Origin: Patescibacteria group bacterium
GTDB lineage: Bacteria; Patescibacteriota; Patescibacteriia; UBA9934; GWF2-40-263
Assembly: GCA_041661745.1 (NCBI GenBank)
Contig: JBAZTR010000005.1
Span: 3,283 to 67,282 of the forward strand
Direction: 5' to 3'
DNA: 64,000 nt
How positions within the stretch are numbered: the stretch's first letter is position 1; every line of letters begins with the position of its first letter. The notes beneath the pieces are model-generated. The model did no database searches. It saw nothing but the letters and a program-made list of their open reading frames with translations, and was not told where the DNA came from. Positions 49,073 through 57,833 of this stretch are shown here, one piece after another. Both the position numbers and the translations under genes were made by a program.

Positions 49073-49111
49073 GCGGCTCCCGACCGCGTGTTCGGCACCC
49101 TCGCCTCCCCC

Positions 49112-49140
49112 AAACTCGGGAGGCTTTTAAAAAACCAAAA
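49112..49140 (+). terminator. Terminator after island 5 (GCCTCCC-ccaaact-CGGGAGGC + TTTT)
   Basis: The hairpin is followed by TTTTAAAAAA and belongs to the same CCCTCCCCC..GGGAGGG hairpin family seen near the DUF559 genes. Confidence 0.5.
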
Positions 49141-49162
49141 AATAAGGCACAATAGCACCGTT

Positions 49163-50227
49163 ATGAATAAAACTCGCCACGAACAGTTTTCCGAATTATT
49201 TCCCAATGAACCAAAATATCGCTGGAAGCAAGTCGAGTTAGCTTTGTTTCAAGAAAAAAATCACGGTTGGAATGACGCCACTTCCCTGCCCGCGGCTATG
49301 CGGGCCAGCTTGGCGGAAAAAATTTCTTGGCTATCTTTTGAAAAAGTAACCGAGGTGGCCGAACAAGACGGTTCGGTTAGGAAGGTCTTACTTGAAGCCG
49401 AAGATGGCAGCCGGATTGAATCGGTTTTAATGCAAAATAAATCCGGAAAATATTCGGTTTGTGTTTCGACTCAAGTTGGTTGTGCCATGGGCTGTGCTTT
49501 TTGTTCAACTGGCAAACTTGGTTTGAAACGAAGTTTAACGGCCGATGAAATTGTTGATCAACTACGCTATTGGCAGTTGTCACAAAATCCAATCACTATT
49601 CCCGCCCCGAACGGCGACACTGAAGGAAAAGAAATAATTACCAATATTGTTTTGATGGGTATGGGCGAACCCATGAACAATTACGAAAATGTTCGCGAAG
49701 CTTTAAATACAATTCTTGCCAACACTGGCATTGGCCCCACCCACATCACCGTGTCTTCGGCCGGCGTGCTGCCGCGCCTTAAAAAGATTTTGGAAGATAA
49801 AGAATGGCCACCGGTGTGTATTGCTATTTCTCTTCACAGTGCTGATCCGATTATCAGAAAAAAAATCATGCCTTCGTCTAGCCCAAACTTTTTACCAGAG
49901 CTCTACGAATGGGCCGAGGAATATTTAAGTAAATTCGGCAATCGCAGCCACTATCTGACTTTTGAATACATAATGCTGGACGGCGTAAACGATAGTGTCG
50001 AGGATGCTAAAAAACTGGCGGCTTATGCCAAGCCACTCAGTCACGCCAAAATAAATTTGATTCCCTACAACGACGCGGCTGGCGAATTCCAAACCAGTTC
50101 ACAAGAAAAAATCTTCGCCTTCATGGAAGTTTTACAAGATGCCGGACTTGATGTAACGCGCCGACAGTCACTAGGTGGATCGATTAAAGCGGCTTGCGGA
50201 CAGTTGGCCGCTGGGGTTGTTCGCTAA
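49163..50227 (+). CDS. rlmN: 23S rRNA (adenine2503-C2)-methyltransferase, radical SAM
   Basis: The radical-SAM CAMGCAFCSTG cluster and RlmN-specific N- and C-terminal regions (MGMGEP, SSAG) are present. The likely start is the internal MNKTRHEQF. Confidence 0.85.
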   Translation: MNKTRHEQFSELFPNEPKYRWKQVELALFQEKNHGWNDATSLPAAMRASLAEKISWLSFEKVTEVAEQDGSVRKVLLEAEDGSRIESVLMQNKSGKYSVCVSTQVGCAMGCAFCSTGKLGLKRSLTADEIVDQLRYWQLSQNPITIPAPNGDTEGKEIITNIVLMGMGEPMNNYENVREALNTILANTGIGPTHITVSSAGVLPRLKKILEDKEWPPVCIAISLHSADPIIRKKIMPSSSPNFLPELYEWAEEYLSKFGNRSHYLTFEYIMLDGVNDSVEDAKKLAAYAKPLSHAKINLIPYNDAAGEFQTSSQEKIFAFMEVLQDAGLDVTRRQSLGGSIKAACGQLAAGVVR

Positions 50228-50289
50228 GAAATCTGATATAATAAGACAGTCCCCACCGTAGCTCGTCTCGAGCGAAGGGGGACTGTTTT

Positions 50290-51621
50290 ATGAAATTCGC
50301 AAAAAAAATGGAGCCTGTATCCTCAAGCGACATCCGTCCGAAGTCGAGCTTAGCTCGACGAAGGCGGATAAAAAATCTTTTTAAAATCATTGGCCCGGGT
50401 TTTATTACCGGTGCCTCTGACGATGACCCGTCGGGCATTGCCACTTATTCGCAATCCGGCGCGCGTTTTGGTTACACTCAACTCTGGACAGCTCTCTTTA
50501 CCACCCCGTTCATGATCGTTATTCAAGAAATGTGCGGACGAATAGGAATGGTTAAGGGTCGTGGCCTGGCTTTAGCCATTAAGGAACGTTATGGCCGAAA
50601 GATTCTTTTCCCGATTGTTTTGCTTTTGGTTATTGCCAACACTATCAATATCGGTGCCGACCTTGGAGCTATGGCCGCCTCGGCGCAGTTGATTATTGGC
50701 TTACCGTTTATTTTTCTGTTAATTGGCATGACTATTTTGACTTTAGTTTTAGAAATTTTTGTCAGTTACAAAGTCTATGCCAAATATTTAAAATATCTCG
50801 CCTTGTCCCTGTTCGCTTACGTTATTGTCGTCTTTATCGTTAAGCAAGATTGGAACGCCATTGCTGTCGCAACTTTTATTCCAAAGATAAGTTTTAATCA
50901 AGATTATCTGATGGCTATTGTCGCCATCCTTGGCACCACTATTTCCCCTTATCTTTTCTTTTGGCAATCAAACGAGGAGGTGGAAGAAGAAGTGGCTGAC
51001 GGAAAACTCAAGTCCATGGATCATGGTACGCCCAAAGTAACCTCAATCGACATTCGCCGCATGCGCTGGGACACGATTATTGGTATGATTTTTTCCAACT
51101 TAATCATGTTTTTTATTATCGCTACGGCCGCTTCAACACTTTTTGCCAACGGAATTACCAATGTTGAAACCGCCGAGCAAGCCGCTTTGGCCTTGCGCCC
51201 CTTGGCCGGAAACTTTGCTTCCCTGCTCTTTCTTATTGGCATTATGGGCGTCGGCCTCTTAGGCGTGCCAGTTCTGGCCGGTTCAGCTTCATATGCCGTG
51301 GCCGAATTATTTGGTTGGAAATCCGGTTTGTATCGAAAATTCAAAGCCGCTCACGGCTTTTATGGCATTATAACTCTGGCTACTTTGGTTGGCCTTTTAG
51401 TAAACTTTCTCGGTATTCAATCATTTACCATGCTTTATTATGCGGCCATTATTAATGGAATCGTTGCCCCAATTCTAATGGTGGCAATAGTCATGTTGGC
51501 TGGTGATAAAAAAACAATGGGAAAATTTGCCAGTCCCAAAGTTTTATCAATCGCCGGTTGGTTAATTACGGCCTTTATGGCCGCGGCGGCCGGTTTGTTA
51601 ATTTACAGTTTACTCACATAA
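50290..51621 (+). CDS. mntH: Nramp-family divalent metal cation transporter (MntH-like)
   Basis: GPGFITGASDDDPSGIATYSQSGARFGY is the Nramp consensus. The protein has 11-12 TM helices. Confidence 0.85.
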   Translation: MKFAKKMEPVSSSDIRPKSSLARRRRIKNLFKIIGPGFITGASDDDPSGIATYSQSGARFGYTQLWTALFTTPFMIVIQEMCGRIGMVKGRGLALAIKERYGRKILFPIVLLLVIANTINIGADLGAMAASAQLIIGLPFIFLLIGMTILTLVLEIFVSYKVYAKYLKYLALSLFAYVIVVFIVKQDWNAIAVATFIPKISFNQDYLMAIVAILGTTISPYLFFWQSNEEVEEEVADGKLKSMDHGTPKVTSIDIRRMRWDTIIGMIFSNLIMFFIIATAASTLFANGITNVETAEQAALALRPLAGNFASLLFLIGIMGVGLLGVPVLAGSASYAVAELFGWKSGLYRKFKAAHGFYGIITLATLVGLLVNFLGIQSFTMLYYAAIINGIVAPILMVAIVMLAGDKKTMGKFASPKVLSIAGWLITAFMAAAAGLLIYSLLT

Positions 51622-52238
51622 TCCACCAACCACGGATCACAAATTGTGTTGGTATGAAAATTGATTGGACGAACTAACGGGACAAAAACATTTTTTACTG
51701 AAGTTTGGCGCGCTGGCCACAAACCGGCGCGTTGTTTTTTATGGTAAAGACAAGAAACCCATAAAGTTGGATCCCATGGACAATATAAATTGTGAATGAA
51801 GGGGGATGAAGGGTTTGAGGGGGACGAAGAGGACGAAGGGAACGGAAAGTCGGTATCATCTGATTGAGAGAAGACGATGGCTTTAACCGACTTCGGCAAA
51901 GAAAAATTTTCCAAATAATTATTCAAAAGGAAACAACCCATGGAATGGCAAATAATTTTTTCCGGTTGGATCTGTTCCAAAAAAGTCTTTAGACGTTCGT
52001 GCGTTTCTCGAGCTTGAGCCAAAGCTCTTTCTTTTTCGTAATGACCGAGAAGAAAAAGTGGGTTAAGAAGTTTAAGCGGATTAACTTGTTGTTCTATTCC
52101 CCAGGGGAAAGAAACCGCTTCACCTTTCTCTACCAATTCCTTAAACGCCTCAAAAGACGCGCTTGGCCCAAAAGGCGGACGAATAAACGGAGCGGTTAAA
52201 CCCGCGGCAAAACCGTGGATTAAAACTATTTTTGGCAT
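51603..52238 (-). CDS. Alpha/beta-hydrolase-fold protein (putative esterase)
   Basis: N-terminus IVLIHGF, a nucleophile elbow CHSMGC (GxSxG variant), and a low-complexity Ser/Pro linker. Confidence 0.45.
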   Translation of the reverse strand: MPKIVLIHGFAAGLTAPFIRPPFGPSASFEAFKELVEKGEAVSFPWGIEQQVNPLKLLNPLFLLGHYEKERALAQARETHERLKTFLEQIQPEKIICHSMGCFLLNNYLENFSLPKSVKAIVFSQSDDTDFPFPSSSSSPSNPSSPFIHNLYCPWDPTLWVSCLYHKKQRAGLWPARQTSVKNVFVPLVRPINFHTNTICDPWLVDYVSKL

Positions 52239-52296
52239 ATTGTTTATCAGTGTAGCATAAAAAATGAATAGAAAAATAAAAAGTCTTTTTTCCTCT

Positions 52297-52560
52297 CCCC
52301 CAAACCCCCTCCCCTCCGGGAGGGGGCTTTACGCCCCGTGTCTCCGCTCCTCGGACAGCTAACCGTCTTCAGCGGCCTGGCTCGCTAACTCGCTGGCCAA
52401 CTGCGCCGAGTAATTGGCGCTCACTCCTCGGCTTGTTGGCTGCACTCGAACAGAGGCTCGCCTTCCGACCTACGGAACCGGCCGCTTCAGCCGGGCTGTC
52501 CTCCGGGGCTCGACGCGGGGCGGTTTTATTTTTTAAAAGAAAAACCACCGAAGCAAATCA
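52297..52560. other. GC-rich non-coding block (candidate ncRNA or decayed high-GC cassette)
   Basis: About 260 nt at over 60% GC with no ORF of 60 aa or more in any frame. It starts with a CCCCCTCCCCTCC-GGGAGGGGG hairpin and ends with a GC hairpin + T tract and an AAAAACCAC...GTGGTTTTT hairpin. Confidence 0.3.
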
Positions 52561-52578
52561 GTGGTTTTTATTTTAAGA

Positions 52579-54441
52579 TTATCTCAACACCCCACCCCAC
52601 TCAACAACCGTAAAGCCGTCGCGTTCTGGTGTTGTCGGCAAGGCCGGCGGATTGGCTTTGATTGGAGCATCAAGTGGTTCGTAATCCATGAGAATACGAA
52701 TTAAGGTATCAGGTGTTTCCGAAATCGATAATGGAGCCAACTGGTTCATAACACTTGTGCCGTAAAAACCGATTTTATAATACGCAGCACTTTGCATACG
52801 CGGTTCCCAGAATTCAATAAAGTCAGTTGTCTCTTTTGTGTTCAGACCAAGACGTGCCAAGGTGGAAACCAAAAAGTCATGAACACCGGATTGTTTCACT
52901 ACCCAATAACGATTAGGTGAAACATAGATGCCACCACGGCCTTCCCAGAACAGATACGGATAATCTTCGCCATCGTCGCGATTGATCAATGTGCCATCAG
53001 GCGAAGCGGTAACTCGCCAACCGTTTTTATAAACCGGCTCGGTATAAGTGAAACCACCTTGCGGATAAAGGGCAACATCAAGATCAGTTGTGGTTTCCGG
53101 GTACAAATAAATCACCGGTTTACCACATTCAGCCATTGGCAAAATGGAAGAGTTTTTAAATTCAATCCAACGACCAAGTGAATCTTGAACATAAAAGAAA
53201 GGATGCGCGGCGGCAAACTGCTCCAAGGTTTCGTGAGTTTCGCCTTCTTGCGGCCAAGCTCTCCAGCCTTCAAAACTGGAAGTGTAGTAATCGCCTTCAT
53301 AAGACTTTGGCTCGTAAACTTTTTCTCCGTTTGCCGTTAGGCCGGCTTCAACCAAATCAAATTCATCGCTATCAACATCAACCACGTTTAATCCGGCGGT
53401 TGTTCCGCAGCCACCCATTTTACCACCAAAATATGAAGCAGAATTTACTGTTCCATCGCTCCAAGTAATTGTTGGTACGCCGGTAACCGAACTGGTCAAA
53501 TCCCCTTGAATCCCCGTAGTTTCATTGTTATCTGTCCACAAACCCAGGTCTAAATTATACCAAACGGTTCGACCGTCTTGACGGACGTAATAGAAAAGTT
53601 CGTTAGCAAAGGGGATGTCAAAATCAGACCCATTATAAAGAGACAAAACATTACCGTTTTCAAGTTCCACCTCAGTTTCAGAATCAGAAAAAGAAATTTC
53701 ATTGGGATAATCAACGCGTTGCCACACGCCGATAAGACTATAACTTTGTCCATCTTTATCTTTCGCTTTGTCAGTTTCCAGTTCGGCAATCTTTGCTCCA
53801 GTATCAAGAATAATTACCTGGGCTCCCGGCGATGGGGCTTCTTGATTGTTTAAACCTAAAGAAGCCAAACCTTCTTCACCCAAAAATGAACTTGCTGTAG
53901 CTTGTCGAACCGGAGCTGTAAAGGAACTACTTACCTCGCTTGCATATTTATCCAAAACCACAATCTCACCGGTTGGAGCAACCAATAAATAAAAATTTCG
54001 GTAGGTTACGCCTAAGCCGGAAATACCACCAATATAACTTTGCAGTTCGTAACCATCGTAAGTTCCACCTTTAACTGTCCCTAGACCAAAGGCTTTAGGA
54101 CCAACTCCGTCTTCCGGAAGAAGCTCTTGGCCGCCGAACACAATATTGTTCCAACCAGAATCGGTTTCCCGTTTTTTTTGATCACCAACTTCAGTCCACT
54201 CAATTGTTAAAGTATTAGGATCGGTGACAATGGTTGGCTCTGGTTTGGTTGTTTCTTCGACGACCACTTCTTCAGTCGGTGGCACTTCAACCGGTTCGAC
54301 TTTAAATTTATTCCAGGCCCAACCGACGGCAAAAGCCAAGGCCACGATCACAACGACAATCGACACCCAAACCACTGGCGAATGCTCGGCCCGAGCTGGA
54401 CGCGGCGGTGGGGCGAGATTTGTTTTAATTGTTTTCCTCAT
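52579..54441 (-). CDS. Hypothetical secreted or membrane-anchored protein (620 aa)
   Basis: An N-terminal TM/signal anchor, a Thr/Gly/Asp-rich beta-rich body with a KMGGCGTTAGL segment. No recognised family. Confidence 0.4.
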   Translation of the reverse strand: MRKTIKTNLAPPPRPARAEHSPVVWVSIVVVIVALAFAVGWAWNKFKVEPVEVPPTEEVVVEETTKPEPTIVTDPNTLTIEWTEVGDQKKRETDSGWNNIVFGGQELLPEDGVGPKAFGLGTVKGGTYDGYELQSYIGGISGLGVTYRNFYLLVAPTGEIVVLDKYASEVSSSFTAPVRQATASSFLGEEGLASLGLNNQEAPSPGAQVIILDTGAKIAELETDKAKDKDGQSYSLIGVWQRVDYPNEISFSDSETEVELENGNVLSLYNGSDFDIPFANELFYYVRQDGRTVWYNLDLGLWTDNNETTGIQGDLTSSVTGVPTITWSDGTVNSASYFGGKMGGCGTTAGLNVVDVDSDEFDLVEAGLTANGEKVYEPKSYEGDYYTSSFEGWRAWPQEGETHETLEQFAAAHPFFYVQDSLGRWIEFKNSSILPMAECGKPVIYLYPETTTDLDVALYPQGGFTYTEPVYKNGWRVTASPDGTLINRDDGEDYPYLFWEGRGGIYVSPNRYWVVKQSGVHDFLVSTLARLGLNTKETTDFIEFWEPRMQSAAYYKIGFYGTSVMNQLAPLSISETPDTLIRILMDYEPLDAPIKANPPALPTTPERDGFTVVEWGGVLR

Positions 54442-56167
54442 ATCTTGGAATGATAATTATTCCGTTTTTAATTTGTTCTTTAAGGTCATTGGATGTCGAG
54501 CTTAGCTCGGTTTCGGCCAAAGCCGCCAAAACTTTCTGCGCGGCCGTGTCGCTCATCGGTGTCGGTTGGCTGTTTTTGGTAAAAACCGGCAAAAGATGAA
54601 TTTCAATCTGACTATCGGAAATTATGACACCAGCTGTGAGTCCTGTCCATGTCTCGGGAATACTTTGATCAAAAACGAAATTGCCAAGCGAGTACCAAAC
54701 CGGCGTATCGCCGATAACTTCACCGCCCTGTGGCACGTGCGGATGGCCGCCAATAACTAAATCAGCTCCGGCCTCAACAATCAGTTTAGCTAAACGTTTT
54801 TCCGAAGAATCAGGCGAAGTCACATACTCCGTACCCCAATGTGGCATGACAATAACAAAATTCCCATCAGCTTTGGCCGCGGCAATTTCAGCAAGCAAAG
54901 CCTTTTCGTTTGGCTGAAAAGCATGATATCCAATAAAAGAAATCGGCCAATCGCCAATCGTTGTATCGTAACGCATGGTGGAATTCAAATAGGAACCGAG
55001 CCATGGCAAACCAATCTTTTCCAACCAAGTGTGGGTTTCCAACTCTCCGGCTGAACCAACATCCGAAGCATGATTGTTGGCCAAACTCACGGCGTCAAGA
55101 TATTTTTTCGCTTCCTCGACATAAGTTGGATCGAAAACAAAACGGAACGGCGGATCATAAGTGTAAGTGCTCGGCTGCTCATTGACTGTGCCTTCAAGAT
55201 TACCAACAACAAAATCAGTTCCGTCTAAAAACCTATCCATTTTAGCCCATGGATAACCAACATCATCGGCCGCATCAATTTGTTTCCTGGTGCCGCGATC
55301 GAGCATGATATCACCGACAAAATGAAGGGAAATAAAATCATCATCTGCTGGTTCACCTTTTGTAAAGTAGCCAAGAAGATGACTGGTGTTTTCTTCCCAA
55401 TTATCTGAACCGGTTAAGGTCAAGGCGTCGGTGTGACCGGTTAAAGAAAAAATTTCTGTGCCACGAGCACGATTAATTTGCATGAGCATGGAAATAACAT
55501 TATTGGAATCGACTTCAAGATCAACCTGGCAGAGTTCGTCTTGGCAACCGCGGGCGATTGTTCGTTCAGTTATTTCATCATGAAAAATCGCGGCATAATG
55601 CGGCAAGTAATGCGACATGTCGGCGCTCCCAATAACGAAAGCGCTTGGTAAATCGTTGGCAATGGCTTCGGTCAAAACTTTTGCCTCTTCGGCCGATAAT
55701 TTGTCGTGAATGGCCAAAGCGACAATTTTGGCATTGGGAAAATATTCTTTAATGAAAGGTGTTAAGGCCGTGACCCCATGTTCTTTTTCAAAAGTCTTTT
55801 CCTCGTTTTTTAAAACAGAGACGTCGGCCAAAAGTTTCTCAACGGCATTTTGATCGGTTTCCAAATCACCATAGGGCGTCGGCCAACTTCCCAAAGAAAT
55901 CTGGGCCGGCGAATGGCCGGTGGAAAAATGATTCGGCGAAATAACGACCACGGTTTTTACATCAAGGGAACCGACGACCGAAAACAAATCAGTTATCCCA
56001 TCAATCGCCAACAAATGATGCGGACTAACAGCACTTAAAATCGGAATCTCACCGATTGGTTCAAGCTCAGTCGGACAGCTACCGCACAGTTGGCCAAACA
56101 AAAAAGCTATGGCAAGTAGCCAAACAACACTGATTCCAACAATAATCCGAAGGATCACCGAACGCAT
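54425..56167 (-). CDS. Fusion protein: N-terminal Memo/LigB-like (extradiol-dioxygenase-fold) domain + C-terminal CapA/PgsA-type metallophosphoesterase
   Basis: The N-terminal half has VVISPNHFSTGHS and SADMSHY (Memo/LigB-like). The C-terminal half has FVGDIMLDRG, NLEG, ANNHASD and GGHPH (the CapA signature). Confidence 0.55.
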   Translation of the reverse strand: MRSVILRIIVGISVVWLLAIAFLFGQLCGSCPTELEPIGEIPILSAVSPHHLLAIDGITDLFSVVGSLDVKTVVVISPNHFSTGHSPAQISLGSWPTPYGDLETDQNAVEKLLADVSVLKNEEKTFEKEHGVTALTPFIKEYFPNAKIVALAIHDKLSAEEAKVLTEAIANDLPSAFVIGSADMSHYLPHYAAIFHDEITERTIARGCQDELCQVDLEVDSNNVISMLMQINRARGTEIFSLTGHTDALTLTGSDNWEENTSHLLGYFTKGEPADDDFISLHFVGDIMLDRGTRKQIDAADDVGYPWAKMDRFLDGTDFVVGNLEGTVNEQPSTYTYDPPFRFVFDPTYVEEAKKYLDAVSLANNHASDVGSAGELETHTWLEKIGLPWLGSYLNSTMRYDTTIGDWPISFIGYHAFQPNEKALLAEIAAAKADGNFVIVMPHWGTEYVTSPDSSEKRLAKLIVEAGADLVIGGHPHVPQGGEVIGDTPVWYSLGNFVFDQSIPETWTGLTAGVIISDSQIEIHLLPVFTKNSQPTPMSDTAAQKVLAALAETELSSTSNDLKEQIKNGIIIIPRYEENN

Positions 56168-56197
56168 AATGGTTAATCAACCGCGATTTCTCTTTTT

Positions 56198-57175
56198 CTA
56201 TTTAACTATCGTCGGGGCCGGGTACAAAGCCGGATCAATTGTTCGCGAGAAACAAACCCGACCGGCCTCGTGATTCCAGTTCTGGCCATACGGGCCGCTG
56301 TCGTAATAAATCGGGTAAGAGGTATTTTGACCTTCGGCCGACACTCTATCAAAAGTCGCGCACAGTTCGAATTCCAAATCTGATTTAAGATTGTACTCGT
56401 AAGCCGCCTTAGTGGATGGATCGACCGGCACGGTAAAACCGGAAATGGAATTGGTTAAAACGTTCAATGTGGCCGGCAATTCTCTCTTTAATGAAAAATA
56501 ATTAATCGCTTCGTTTTGAATGGAAGATAAATCACTGACTCTTTGCGCATCAAGACGAACGGCTCTTTGTTCGGCCGGTGAACCGACAAAAACAAAGCCG
56601 AGAACAATTGTTGCCAGGGCCACCACAGCCGTGATAATGGCCACGTTTCTAGCCATCACGGTTTTGTTTGTCACATCACGCCGCAAATCCCAAAGGTAAT
56701 AAGCAAACACGGCCGCGGCAACAAGCAAAACAACAATCACTTTCAAAATGAACCGTGTGGTTATTTCGCCGTTTAAAAAATAATTAACTAAAGTAATTAG
56801 GTCAACGATAATCGTAATGGAAGCGATAAAAAGCGTTAGGTACAACAACCATTTACGAATGGCAATATTGGTTTTGGCCGGTTCGCTTTTCATGTCCTTA
56901 TAAATCATCCAGGAAATCAGAATAAATACTGGCCAAGCAATAATCAACACTGACATTGAAAGGCGGATAGTGTCCAAAGCCGAGGTGTAATAAAAATTCA
57001 GAATATCGGGAAACTTAACATTGATGTATTGAAAATACAGAGCGATGAAACTGGTAACGCCCATGTAAAGCGTCACAATAGCTAGGAGGTGTGAAAACAC
57101 ATCCTTGGCCGTGCTGCGTGATTTTTCCATATTAAAATTTTTAGTTTTTTTACAAAAGAAGCAAAAGTCTGGCAA
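56198..57175 (-). CDS. Hypothetical polytopic membrane protein (325 aa)
   Basis: About 6 TM helices followed by an extracytoplasmic C-terminal domain. Confidence 0.4.
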   Translation of the reverse strand: MPDFCFFCKKTKNFNMEKSRSTAKDVFSHLLAIVTLYMGVTSFIALYFQYINVKFPDILNFYYTSALDTIRLSMSVLIIAWPVFILISWMIYKDMKSEPAKTNIAIRKWLLYLTLFIASITIIVDLITLVNYFLNGEITTRFILKVIVVLLVAAAVFAYYLWDLRRDVTNKTVMARNVAIITAVVALATIVLGFVFVGSPAEQRAVRLDAQRVSDLSSIQNEAINYFSLKRELPATLNVLTNSISGFTVPVDPSTKAAYEYNLKSDLEFELCATFDRVSAEGQNTSYPIYYDSGPYGQNWNHEAGRVCFSRTIDPALYPAPTIVK

Positions 57176-57833
57176 TTGATTCTTTAAGATCGCCGTGACA
57201 TGGTTCCAAATTAAAAATCAAACTATTAACCCATTGCGAATCGAATTGGTTTTGTTCATAATCACAAGTTAGCCCCTGCCCTTCCAAAACTTTTTTCATT
57301 CCGCTGCTTTCGTTACCGGTAATCGCCACAAGTTTTTTGTCGAAACGACAGTACGGCGAGGAATAAAACAACCATTTCATACCAGCGCTATCGGTAGTTT
57401 GCCACTTAACGGCCGTACAAACATTAGCTTTGGCCAAAAAACATTCGACGTTGTCGCAGGTTCTTGCTCCAAGGTGAAGACTGTTTACAATGCTGAAAAA
57501 AATTATTGCGGCCGTGGCAAAGGCCAAACCGACAAAAAACCAAATTTTTGTTTTTTTCTTTTCAACCGCGGTCATTTTAGGCAAACCCTTACGCACGGCC
57601 AGCCAATAAAATCCGGCAATCGGCAAACAAAGCAAAAAGAGCAAACCGGAAAAGAAACTGACCTGACCGATCATGACCGTAAAAAACTGGATGATTCCCG
57701 ACGGAGCTTTAACTGTAAAAATTTGTGAAAGACCGACCAAAATCAGTAAGCTTCCCCCAGCAATAAAGAAAGCCATCAAAAATTTAAACAAAGCAATTCT
57801 GAAGCTTATAAATTTTTCAAATTTATTGCCCAT
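57150..57833 (-). CDS. Hypothetical membrane protein (227 aa)
   Basis: Four TM helices and a Cys-containing C-terminal domain. It is translationally coupled to the flanking genes. Confidence 0.4.
   Translation of the reverse strand: MGNKFEKFISFRIALFKFLMAFFIAGGSLLILVGLSQIFTVKAPSGIIQFFTVMIGQVSFFSGLLFLLCLPIAGFYWLAVRKGLPKMTAVEKKKTKIWFFVGLAFATAAIIFFSIVNSLHLGARTCDNVECFLAKANVCTAVKWQTTDSAGMKWLFYSSPYCRFDKKLVAITGNESSGMKKVLEGQGLTCDYEQNQFDSQWVNSLIFNLEPCHGDLKESIARLLLLL

Noticed and set aside
50184-50444. 86-aa minus-strand ORF spanning the rlmN / mntH junction.
   Set aside because: It overlaps the 3' end of rlmN and the 5' end of mntH on the opposite strand. It has no RBS and low-complexity sequence, so it is likely spurious.
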